Position numbers and translations under genes: made by a program. From Planctomycetota bacterium (GTDB lineage Bacteria; Planctomycetota; UBA1135; UBA2386), in contig OZ245838.1 in NCBI GenBank assembly GCA_965228735.1, positions 4,224,001-4,288,000 of the forward strand: a DNA stretch of 64,000 nt, written 5' to 3'. Below the pieces are notes generated by a model. That model did no database searches, was not told the DNA's origin, and saw nothing but the letters and a program-made list of their open reading frames with translations. Of the stretch, positions 18,600 to 27,350 are shown piece after piece (the stretch's first letter is position 1; every line of letters starts with the position of its first letter).

Positions 18600-20336
18600 T
18601 CAGCAGGTGTAGAGCCTGGTCAGGTCGATGCTGGGGAGGCGGTCGCGGAGTTCCTTGCAGCGCGAGGCCATGCGCATGGCCGTGGCGTCGTGGGGCAGGG
18701 AACGGAACGCGTGGCCGCTGGCGACGAGGACGGCTTTCGTGCGCGCGCGGGAGAGCGCGACGTTGATGCGATTGAGGGAGAGGTGGAACGCGCCGCGGCG
18801 AGAGTTCGCGTCGGGGTCGCCGGCGGTGAGTGAGACGATGACGACCTCGCGCTCCTGGCCCTGGATCCGTTCGACGGTGTCGATCGTGATCTTGTCGGCG
18901 GCGCGCAGTTGCTTCTTCTGGATCGCGGAACGCAGCAGACGGACCTGCGCGCGGAACGGCGCGATGACAGCGACGTCCGCGGGTTCGACGCCGTGTTGCC
19001 GGATCACGTCCTCGACGACGTCGGCGACGGCGTTGGCCTCCTCGGTCGAACGCTGGCCCGGCTGGCGATGGTCGATGCGCAGCCACACGACCGGCACCTC
19101 CGGCGTCAGCACTTCGTCGAGCCGGCCGCCCTCGCGGAAAGGCATGCGACGATCCGCCGCGACCTCGGCGGAACGCAGCGCGCCGTCATAGAACGACTCG
19201 CTCACGACGCGGCAGACACCGTCGTTGAGCCGGTAGCTCGTATCGAGCATGTGCGAACCGTAGTGCCGGTGCAGGTGCTCGAAGATCGACGCCGCGGCGA
19301 GCGGGTCGGCCCGCTCCGTCGACACCACGGGCGGCAGCTGCTGATGATCGCCGAACAAGAGCCACCGCTGGCTGCGCAGCATCCCGGGCATGGCGTGCGG
19401 GATCGGCAGCTGCCCCGCTTCGTCGAACACCGTGTAGTGAAACCGTTCGCTGTCGTGCAGCTTGCCGAGTTGGTAGCACGTCGAACCGACGACGACGCTC
19501 TTCTTCGGCAGCGTGACGCGCCGCGCGTCGGCGAGTCCGATGCCGGCCTCGCGCAGCTTCTGCCGCCCGTCCGTCGACGACGAGCTGAACTTGACGATGT
19601 CGAGCTCGGGCGCCAGCGCCCGGATCGCGAGCAGCGCGTTGTCGACCGCGCGGTGGGTGTAGGCGCAGACCGCGATGCGGCAGCCGGCGCGCGCGAGCAT
19701 GACCGTGATCTGCGCGAGCAGCCGCGTCTTGCCCGTGCCGGGCGGCCCCTGCACGAGCGCGAGGCTCTCCGTGCCGATCGCAAGAGCGCCCGCCTCGACC
19801 TGCGACGGGTTGAGCTCGGTCTCGGACAGCCGCTCGACCGCGCGCTGCCGCCGCCCCTCGTCGCACTTCACCTCGTGGCGCCCCGCGAGCACCTCGCTCA
19901 CGAGGTCGGATGCGAACCCGGCCCGGACGGCGTCGCGCAGCCGACCACGCAAACCCAGCGGGCGCCGGTCGACGACGTAGTCGCGCCCCGCTTCGAACTC
20001 GACCCCGAGCTCGCCACGCATGAACGGATCACGGTCGAGCCGCAGCTCGCCCTTGTTGGCGTCGTACTGGCCGTAGACGAGCGCCGCCCCACCTTCGAGG
20101 TCGACACCATCGCCGACGATGACCGTGTCCCCGGGGCGGAACTTGGACGCATTGTCCGCGACGGCGAAGTGGTGCGAGCCGTTGCGCTCGGACAGGAAGC
20201 GCGCATCGCGGATGCACTCGCCCTCGACGACACGCGCATCGACGGGCCGCAGGCGCAACTCGCGCAGCGCGCGCCGCTCGCCGAGTTCCTCGCGCGCGAG
20301 GAAGCGCAGCAGCCGTTGTTCGAGCGTAAGATCCAC
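18600..20336 (-). CDS. Superfamily 1 Dna2/NAM7-like helicase
   Basis: Walker A QGPPGTGKT, YTHRAVDN, FDEAGQ, GDHQQLPPV, SYRL, IAPFRAQV, TVERIQGQERE and RINVALSRA motifs. Start uncertain (20336 or 20414). Confidence 0.9.
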   Translation of the reverse strand: MDLTLEQRLLRFLAREELGERRALRELRLRPVDARVVEGECIRDARFLSERNGSHHFAVADNASKFRPGDTVIVGDGVDLEGGAALVYGQYDANKGELRLDRDPFMRGELGVEFEAGRDYVVDRRPLGLRGRLRDAVRAGFASDLVSEVLAGRHEVKCDEGRRQRAVERLSETELNPSQVEAGALAIGTESLALVQGPPGTGKTRLLAQITVMLARAGCRIAVCAYTHRAVDNALLAIRALAPELDIVKFSSSSTDGRQKLREAGIGLADARRVTLPKKSVVVGSTCYQLGKLHDSERFHYTVFDEAGQLPIPHAMPGMLRSQRWLLFGDHQQLPPVVSTERADPLAAASIFEHLHRHYGSHMLDTSYRLNDGVCRVVSESFYDGALRSAEVAADRRMPFREGGRLDEVLTPEVPVVWLRIDHRQPGQRSTEEANAVADVVEDVIRQHGVEPADVAVIAPFRAQVRLLRSAIQKKQLRAADKITIDTVERIQGQEREVVIVSLTAGDPDANSRRGAFHLSLNRINVALSRARTKAVLVASGHAFRSLPHDATAMRMASRCKELRDRLPSIDLTRLYTC

Positions 20337-20426
20337 GTGCCTGACCGCGGCCCCATCATGCGGGGCCGCAGCCTCGGATGGGAGGCCGAAAGTCGCAGCC
20401 CGGCCGCTCCGCACGGAAGCGCGTGA

Positions 20427-22010
20427 TCAGCGCGGCCGCGTGATCGTGAAGCCGTCGCCGTCGTTCAACTTCGCGAACTCACTCTCGTTGCGGAACACGA
20501 CGCGATACTCCACGCCAGCGACGAGATCACGCCGATCCGCCCCGCCGAACAGCACGACGACGTCCGCGGTGTCGCCGTCGCGCCCCCACGCGCAACCCGG
20601 CTGCAGCCCGACCTTGAGCGTCGGGTGACCGTCCGCGACGAGGAACACGCGCTGGTCCGCCTCCGCGAGCACGCCGACCGCGGCCGTCGAGTTCCTCACC
20701 TGGCCGATGCGCACCACGATCCCGAACTCTCCGCGCCGCGCGAACCAGTCGCGCACGTCCTTCTCCGGCGCGAGGTCACCCCACGCGACCGACTGCACGT
20801 TGACCTGCTGCAGGATCGCGTCCTCCTCCTGGATCTCGGAGTGCACGCCGAACTCGTCACGCAGCGCGATCGTCGAGTACGGGTTGGCATTGCCGAACAC
20901 GTCATCGTAGAGCCGCAGGGTCTGGCGCCTGCCGATCGTCTTCGGCATCTCCGCGTCGGCCCAGTCCCAGAACGTCGCGACGTGCGTGAGGATGCCGAAC
21001 ATCCCGGGGGAGCGGATGTCCTGACCGAGCCGGTCGTAGTTGAGTCGGCGCCAACGGCCGTCGACGAACACCTCGTTGAACGTGTGCGACGCCCACGAAC
21101 CCTTGATCTTCTCGATCGCCGCGACCGTGTCGCGCCGCAGCGCGCGGTGCCGGATGCCGCGCTTCAACAGCTCGAGCTCGCGTGGATCGTTGCTGTCGAC
21201 GATCGGGATCGTCAGCACGATACGCGTCGGGATTCGGAGCGCGCGCAGGCAACCGTTGAGGTAGGTCGCCGACGACGTGCAGCTGCCGCGCACGCCGTTC
21301 TCGAACATGCCGCGAGCGAGCATGTCGCGCTCCCACTGTTCGGCCATCCGACCGCCGTCGCCGCCGGCCGGCACGGCGCGCGCGAGGTCCTCGGGCAGGT
21401 AAGGCTTGCCGTCGTCGTCGAACGCGGTGACGAACGTCGTGAAGCTGTCGTTGTATTTTGCGTGCCGGCACAACCACTTCGACGCCTGTTCCACGAGCTG
21501 CTTGTCGTCGAGCCGACCCGCGTCGATGCCGTCCTTCTTCAAAGCCGCGAGCAGATCGCGGCGCATCTTCTTGTTCCAGTTGGAGCTCGGCCCCGGCGCG
21601 GTCCAGCGCTTCATCCTGGCCGCCCGCTGCCGCCACTTCGGATCCGCGCCGATCGTCTCCCCGACCGTGTTGAACGGATAGTGGATCACCTCGAGCTCGA
21701 CGTAGTCCGCGGTCTCGTCGAGCACGCGCGCGTCCTGGTAGTCGTCGCTCAAGAACTCGGGCGTGACGGGCCGCATCACCTGCACGACGGTCCGGATCGT
21801 GTACTGATACTCGCGGCGCTCGCGCCAGTCGCCGTCCGGCACACCATCCCCGTCGCTGTCGGCCTTGTCGGGGTCGGTGCGATACTTGTGCACCTCGTGG
21901 AAGTCCGACAACCCGTCGCGGTCACGATCGGGGTCCGCGGGCTTCTGCGTCAGCGCGGAGCCGGTGAGGAGACCGAGAACGATGAACGCAGGGAGCACAC
22001 GAGCGGTCAT
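20427..22010 (-). CDS. Secreted transglutaminase-like protein with N-terminal Ca-binding DxDxDG repeats
   Basis: Signal peptide, DRDRDGLSD and DSDGDGVPD repeats, and a putative triad GSC / SHTFNEV / LNYD. Confidence 0.7.
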   Translation of the reverse strand: MTARVLPAFIVLGLLTGSALTQKPADPDRDRDGLSDFHEVHKYRTDPDKADSDGDGVPDGDWRERREYQYTIRTVVQVMRPVTPEFLSDDYQDARVLDETADYVELEVIHYPFNTVGETIGADPKWRQRAARMKRWTAPGPSSNWNKKMRRDLLAALKKDGIDAGRLDDKQLVEQASKWLCRHAKYNDSFTTFVTAFDDDGKPYLPEDLARAVPAGGDGGRMAEQWERDMLARGMFENGVRGSCTSSATYLNGCLRALRIPTRIVLTIPIVDSNDPRELELLKRGIRHRALRRDTVAAIEKIKGSWASHTFNEVFVDGRWRRLNYDRLGQDIRSPGMFGILTHVATFWDWADAEMPKTIGRRQTLRLYDDVFGNANPYSTIALRDEFGVHSEIQEEDAILQQVNVQSVAWGDLAPEKDVRDWFARRGEFGIVVRIGQVRNSTAAVGVLAEADQRVFLVADGHPTLKVGLQPGCAWGRDGDTADVVVLFGGADRRDLVAGVEYRVVFRNESEFAKLNDGDGFTITRPR

Positions 22011-22030
22011 CCCGCCATCGTAGCGCGCGA

Positions 22031-23392
22031 CTACTTCTTGCGCCGACCGAAGCGCCAGCGCGGCTCGACGAGCTCGGCGTTCCAGGCATCGAACATGCGC
22101 CGCAGCTCGGCGACACGCTCTGGTGCGGCCGCCGCCAGATCCGCCGTCTCGGCCACGTCACCTTCGAGGTCGAACAACTGCGGCGACTCCATCTCGCCCT
22201 GGCGGAGCAGCTTCCAGCGACCGAGGCGCACGGCCCAGTTGTTGTCGTGGCGCCAGAACAGCGGCCGCACGACAGCCTCGCGCTCGCGCGTGACCGCGGG
22301 GAGCAGGTCCGAACCGTCCAGCGGGCGCTCGGCTGCCGGTTTCGCACCCGCGACCGCGCACGCCGTCGCCGCGATGTCGAGCGCGATCACCGGCTCGTCG
22401 ACGACCTTGCCGGCGGGCAGCGTGCCCGGCCACTGCACGAGGAACGGCACGCGGATCCCGCCCTCCCACAGCTGCCCCTTGCGCCCGCGCAGCGGCGCGT
22501 TGCTCGACGCGTTGTTGGTCGCACCGCCGTTGTCGTTCACGAAGAACAGCAGCGTGTCATCGAGGATCTCGGCGCGCTTCAGGCCGTCGAGGATCGTGCC
22601 GACCGCGCGATCGAGCGCGCGTGTCATGCCGATGAGCTTTCGGCGCTTCGGCTTGCCGACCGTGCCTGCCATGTCCTTCTCGAGCGCGTGCATCGGCGTG
22701 TGCACGGCGTTGAACGCGACGTAGAGGAAGAGCGGCGCCTCACCGCGCTCGTCGATGTAGCGCACGGTCTGCGCCGCGAGCTCGTCCGTCATGTACTCGA
22801 ACGTCTCCGGCACGACCTCGCGGTCGCGCAGGAGCCGGTTGAGCCGCGTCGGCTTCGCCATCGGATAGAACGACCGCGCGCCCTGCAGGAAGCCGAAGTA
22901 GTGGTCGAACCCGCGCGACAGCGGATGGAACTTGTCGGCGTAGCCGAGGTGCCACTTCCCGAGCGCGATCGTGCGGTAGCCGACGCCGTGCAGCATGTCG
23001 GCGAGCGTCGTCTCCTCCACGGGCAGCCCGTTCTCCTCGCTGAAGCGCGGCGGGATGTTGAGCTCGTGGCCGAAGCGCTGCTGGTATCGCCCCGTCATCA
23101 GCCCCGCGCGCGTCGGGCTGCAGACCGCGCCGGACACGTAGCCGTTGCTGAAGCGGATACCGTTCTCGGCGATCGAGTCGATGCGCGGGGTCGCGAGGTC
23201 GGTCGCGCCGTGCATCGAGAAGTCGGCGTAGCCGGCGTCGTCGCTGACGATCACGACGATGTGCGGCCGGCGCTCCGTCGGCTCGGCGTTCGTCTGCGCC
23301 AACGGCGAACTCGACAGCAACGTCGACGCGGCGAAGCTCGCCAACAGGGTGACGGTGAACGTGGGGGGACACCGGACCGTGGTCGTTCTCAT
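22031..23392 (-). CDS. Sulfatase (formylglycine-dependent, Cys-type)
   Basis: SDDAG, CSPTRAGLMTGRY, GKWHLG, DNGG and KGQLWEGGIRVP motifs, plus a signal peptide. Confidence 0.93.
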   Translation of the reverse strand: MRTTTVRCPPTFTVTLLASFAASTLLSSSPLAQTNAEPTERRPHIVVIVSDDAGYADFSMHGATDLATPRIDSIAENGIRFSNGYVSGAVCSPTRAGLMTGRYQQRFGHELNIPPRFSEENGLPVEETTLADMLHGVGYRTIALGKWHLGYADKFHPLSRGFDHYFGFLQGARSFYPMAKPTRLNRLLRDREVVPETFEYMTDELAAQTVRYIDERGEAPLFLYVAFNAVHTPMHALEKDMAGTVGKPKRRKLIGMTRALDRAVGTILDGLKRAEILDDTLLFFVNDNGGATNNASSNAPLRGRKGQLWEGGIRVPFLVQWPGTLPAGKVVDEPVIALDIAATACAVAGAKPAAERPLDGSDLLPAVTREREAVVRPLFWRHDNNWAVRLGRWKLLRQGEMESPQLFDLEGDVAETADLAAAAPERVAELRRMFDAWNAELVEPRWRFGRRKK

Positions 23393-24813
23393 CCTTCGGC
23401 TCCTTCCGCTTGCTGGGGCACGGCCGCATCGCCGGCCGCCAGGGATTCGGCCGGCGGCACGACCGCGAGGATCTCTGCTCGCAACGCAGCCAGATCGTCG
23501 AGGTCGGCCGCGAGTTTGCTGCGCAATCGTTCATCCGCGTCGTCCTGCTGCGCCCAGATCGCAGCTGCGCCGGCGTACCCCGCGCGCTTCGGATCGCGCC
23601 GTAACCCGAGGCGCACGAAGTCGTCGAGGCCGAACACCGGGCCGGGCCAGACGGCCGCGTGCACGAGCTGCGCGCGCAGGTCGACGAAGCGCGCCTCGAG
23701 ATCGGCAGTCGCCTCACGCTCGAACGCGTGCGTCTCGTACCAACGCGGCAGCGCGGACCCGAAGTGCAGGATCGGCGCGCGGGGCGGCAGACCCTCGACG
23801 AGCCGCTGGAACGCGAACCACTCGTCGTCCTGCGACATCGCGCGCTCGAATCGCAGCTCGCCGGCCGTAGTCGCGGGTCGCAGAAGCCCGAACGCGAGCA
23901 CGCGATCGGCGAACGGATCGGCGAGCAGGTGCACGATCGCGCCCTTGTCGAGCGGCTTGCCGCGGGGACGCGATGCGATGACGGGCTCGCCGACCAGCCG
24001 CGCCTGCGCCGCCTTCCGCAGCTGGCGCAGCATCGCGGGATCGAGGTTGCCGCGCTGCCGCGCACCGTCCGGCTGCAGTTTCGCGAGGTCTTCGACCGTG
24101 CGACAACCGAGGTCGTTGAGAATCGCGTGCGCGCCGCGACTCATGCCCTGCACGAGGGAGAGATCCGAGCGGCGTTCGAGTTCGGGCAGGCAGCGGTGAT
24201 CGTGGTAGCAGCTCGAACACCCCCATTGGAAGAACGGCTGCGCCGCGTCCATGTCGTCACGCAGCTGCCGCAACGTCTCGACGACCTCGCGACACGCCGC
24301 GTCGTAGTCGCGGATGCGGAACCGCTCCTCGCTGCCGTCCTTGAGGACGAGCGCGCCGAACTCGGGAACGCGTTCCTGCAGTTCGCCGAGGAGCTGCGCG
24401 TAGAACACGACCTGCAGGATCTGATCGCCGCGCGAGCGGCCCGACGTCTTGACGTCGACGACCTCGTAGTGGTGCTCGCCGAGCGCCGAGCTCCCCGGCA
24501 GCTTGCGCAGCAGGTCGGGCAGACCGAGTCGGTCCTCGCTCATGAGCACCCCCTGGTGCACCATCGTGTCGCCGTCCTGCAGCATCTGCAGCGTCGCGGC
24601 AGCACCCGCTTCGAAGTCGCGTTCGGGATAGACCGGCGCGGCCACGCCGAGCGCCGCGACGTACTCGTCCTCGAAGTCACGACCGCGCTGCGCGGCGAAC
24701 TCCTCCCACTCGGTCGGCGGCCGCCGTTCCTGGCGCGACAGGTGCAGATCGAGCGCGGCGAGCCGCGGGCACTTCACGTAGGAATAGACGTGGGTGGCCG
24801 TGATCCGCCGCAT
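23389..24813 (-). CDS. TM0106-family RecB/Cas4-like PD-(D/E)xK nuclease
   Basis: ITATHVYSYVKCPR, GLPDLL, YEVVDVKTS, QVVFYA and CSSCYHDHRC motifs, an HhH-like LSLVQGM, and a degenerate RNase H-like tail. The ORF-track extension to 24900 runs into the repeat. Confidence 0.85.
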   Translation of the reverse strand: MRRITATHVYSYVKCPRLAALDLHLSRQERRPPTEWEEFAAQRGRDFEDEYVAALGVAAPVYPERDFEAGAAATLQMLQDGDTMVHQGVLMSEDRLGLPDLLRKLPGSSALGEHHYEVVDVKTSGRSRGDQILQVVFYAQLLGELQERVPEFGALVLKDGSEERFRIRDYDAACREVVETLRQLRDDMDAAQPFFQWGCSSCYHDHRCLPELERRSDLSLVQGMSRGAHAILNDLGCRTVEDLAKLQPDGARQRGNLDPAMLRQLRKAAQARLVGEPVIASRPRGKPLDKGAIVHLLADPFADRVLAFGLLRPATTAGELRFERAMSQDDEWFAFQRLVEGLPPRAPILHFGSALPRWYETHAFEREATADLEARFVDLRAQLVHAAVWPGPVFGLDDFVRLGLRRDPKRAGYAGAAAIWAQQDDADERLRSKLAADLDDLAALRAEILAVVPPAESLAAGDAAVPQQAEGAEG

Positions 24814-24851
24814 CGGAGAAACGGTAACGACGCGCACCGCCGACCGCGATG

Positions 24852-24968
24852 GTGGCGGTACTGAACCCGCTTCGAATCCGCCACAGGCAAAGCAACCCAT
24901 CCAACCGCAGGAACGCAGATTGCGCTGGTAGGCCGGTGGCGGATTCGAAGCGGGTTCGGTACCGCCAC
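24852..24968. repeat. REPIN/BIME-like palindromic element, family A, copy 2 (inverted relative to copy 1)
   Basis: 33-bp arms (24852-24884 and 24936-24968, 1 mismatch) around a 51-bp spacer. The spacer carries the reverse complement of the 19-bp core of copy 1. Confidence 0.88.
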
Positions 24969-26935
24969 TATTCCAGCGGGCTGATCCGGACCAGGCAGTC
25001 GAGATACGCTGCGCCGAGACCGAGGTCGGTCGCGCGCGCCGGGATCAGGGCGTTGGCGCTGTGGCCGGTCCCGAAGTGGCCGCCCTTGGGCATGATCGCG
25101 ACGTCGGGGCGCTGGTTGTCATCGAACTGCAGTTCGGCCTCGATCGCACTGATCGAGCTCTCGACCCGGACGATGGTGCCGGCGGCGAGACCCGGAACGG
25201 CGTCGGGATGCACGAGCACCCACGACCGCTCGCCGAGTCCGCGCCCGGCCCACTGCGACGCCTGACTCTTCGCCGTCGAGTTCGAGAACAGCCATAGCTG
25301 CCGGCTCGCGCCCGGCCGCTCCGGCACGCACCCGACGACGGGCTCGGGCGGCGCCTCGGTCAACAGCTGGACCTTGCCGTTCGGTGTCAGCACCCGCCCG
25401 TTCGCGAACAGCTGGCGCTCGGCGACGGGACTCTTCACCGCAGTGTTGCCGCGCAGCTCCGCGAGACTGGCGCCGCGGTCGGAGACGCGGCGCAGCGCCC
25501 GTTCCTTGAGCTGGTCGATCGAGTCGCGCGGAACGTCGTCGAGCCCGAGCCGGTCCGCGAGCCGCTGAAAGATGACGGGTTCGGGCAGCACACCAGCTGG
25601 CGCGTCGACGACCGGCCGCGACTCCGCGAGGAAGTGGTGCCCGTACGAACCGAGCACGTCGTCGTCCTCGAGCAGCGTCGGCACCGGCAACACGACGTCC
25701 GCGAGCTCCGCGGTCTCCGTCATCAGGCAATCGACGACGACGACGAACTCGGTCTGCTCGAGCGCGCGCTGCACCGTCGCCGAGTCGGGGAGCATCGCGA
25801 CCGGGTTGCCGGCCGTGACCCAGACGCACCGCACCTGCGGATCCGTCGCCGCGAGCAGGTCGGCGCCGAGCAGCGGCTCCCGGATCGTGCGCGGCGGCGG
25901 CGGCGCGGGCTCGTCCCCGCCGAGCGGCGCGAACGCCTTACGGCGCGCGAAGTAGAACGACACGCCGCCACCGGTGCGGAAAAGGTTGCCGGAGATCGCC
26001 GCGAGCGCATCGAGCGCGCGCACGATCGCCCCGCCGCGCTGCCGCCGCTGCATGCCCCAACCGACGAGGATCGCCGCCGCGGCACCGGCCTCGGGGCCCG
26101 CCGCGAACTCGGCGGCGAGGTCACGGAGATCCGCCTCCGCGACGTCGGCGAGCGCCGCCCACCCGGTCACGGAACGTGCCGTCGCGAGCCCTTCGAACTC
26201 GTCGTAGCCGTCGCAGAACCCGCGCGCGGCCGGATCGACCGCGCCGGCCTCGAACAGCACCGCGGCCACCCCGAGCGCCAACTCGAAGTCGCGCCCGGGT
26301 GCCGGCTGCAGCACGCGATCGCTGAGCCCGACGGACTTGTGGTGCACGGGATCGATGAGCCACACCCGCGCGCCGTTCTGCCGCGCCTGCTTGAGCACGG
26401 GCACGAGGTGCACGCTGCTGATCGTCGGGTTCTTGCCCCAGAGCACGATCGCCCGGCTGTGGTGCAGGTCGAACAGGTCGTTGCTGTCACTCGCGCCGAG
26501 ATCGAGCAGCTGCGCGGCCTCGCCCGCCCCCGAACAGATGTCCCCGACCTTGGTCGCGCACGGCCCGAAGCGGTCGAAGAACAGGTCGGCGAACTGCTTC
26601 AGGATCCCGAGCGAGCCGCCGGAACGGTAATGGAAGATCGCCGCTGGCCCGGACTCGGCCCGGATCGCCTGCAGGCGCGCGGCGATGAGGTCGAGCGCCG
26701 CGTCCCAACTCGCCGGCTCGAGGCGGCCATCCCGGCGCACGAGCGGCTGCCGAATCCGCCGCTCTGCAGCGAGTTCGGGAAATCGGCTCGTGCGGTAGCA
26801 CAAAAAACCGCGCGTCACCGGATGGTCGGGATCGCCGCGAAGGGCAGTCACCTGGCCGTCCTCGACGGTCGCGAGGATCGCGCACGCGTCGGGGCAGTCG
26901 CGGTTGCAGGTCGTGCGCCGGACGTCGATCGCCAT
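24968..26935 (-). CDS. Molybdopterin-dependent oxidoreductase (DMSO reductase superfamily)
   Basis: N-terminal 4Fe-4S motif CNRDCPDAC...GFLC, WGKNP, TETAELADVVLP, and a C-terminal molybdopterin dinucleotide domain. Confidence 0.9.
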   Translation of the reverse strand: MAIDVRRTTCNRDCPDACAILATVEDGQVTALRGDPDHPVTRGFLCYRTSRFPELAAERRIRQPLVRRDGRLEPASWDAALDLIAARLQAIRAESGPAAIFHYRSGGSLGILKQFADLFFDRFGPCATKVGDICSGAGEAAQLLDLGASDSNDLFDLHHSRAIVLWGKNPTISSVHLVPVLKQARQNGARVWLIDPVHHKSVGLSDRVLQPAPGRDFELALGVAAVLFEAGAVDPAARGFCDGYDEFEGLATARSVTGWAALADVAEADLRDLAAEFAAGPEAGAAAAILVGWGMQRRQRGGAIVRALDALAAISGNLFRTGGGVSFYFARRKAFAPLGGDEPAPPPPRTIREPLLGADLLAATDPQVRCVWVTAGNPVAMLPDSATVQRALEQTEFVVVVDCLMTETAELADVVLPVPTLLEDDDVLGSYGHHFLAESRPVVDAPAGVLPEPVIFQRLADRLGLDDVPRDSIDQLKERALRRVSDRGASLAELRGNTAVKSPVAERQLFANGRVLTPNGKVQLLTEAPPEPVVGCVPERPGASRQLWLFSNSTAKSQASQWAGRGLGERSWVLVHPDAVPGLAAGTIVRVESSISAIEAELQFDDNQRPDVAIMPKGGHFGTGHSANALIPARATDLGLGAAYLDCLVRISPLE

Positions 26936-27350
26936 GAGTAGCAGCAGAGCGGGCCGTGCCGCCGTGCGGAAGCCGCAAGTCTAGCCTGACCAGCACAATA
27001 CGGCCAAGCGGCATACGCATCCGGTACACCAGAGGGACGGGTTTTCCCGTAGTTCGCGCCCTCTCGCCGCGCACCGAAGCCGCTCTCAACATGGACCACA
27101 ACGGTGCAGCTAGCTGCCAGAAAGAGGGTTGCTCCATCTCTTGACGCATTCTCCACAACCCTAACAAACGTTCGGTGGCATGGGGTTTTTCTCGACGTTC
27201 GCGTTTGACCCGACCCTGGCCGTGTGATCCCTTGCGCGCCGGTCACCTTCCCCGCGGTGGCTCCTTTTCACGTCCTTACACCGAGCAGACACCAACGCCG
27301 CCGCGGATTGGCTGACCAGACATCCCAATCAGGGAGGAGACCTGACTAGC

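Noticed and set aside
23389..24813. Cas4 of a CRISPR-Cas system
   Set aside because: No cas1, cas2 or array in the window; length and domain layout fit the TM0106 family.
18482..24968. Autonomous transposon or IS
   Set aside because: No transposase or integrase inside, and I could not identify a target-site duplication.
24774..25265. Short ORFs sharing a NPLRIRH peptide (also in ORF 18451-19086)
   Set aside because: These are translations of the family A repeat arms, not proteins.
27176..27192. Sigma-54 promoter (TGGCATG...) upstream of the porin
   Set aside because: The -12 TTGC element is absent (TTTT/TTTC instead).
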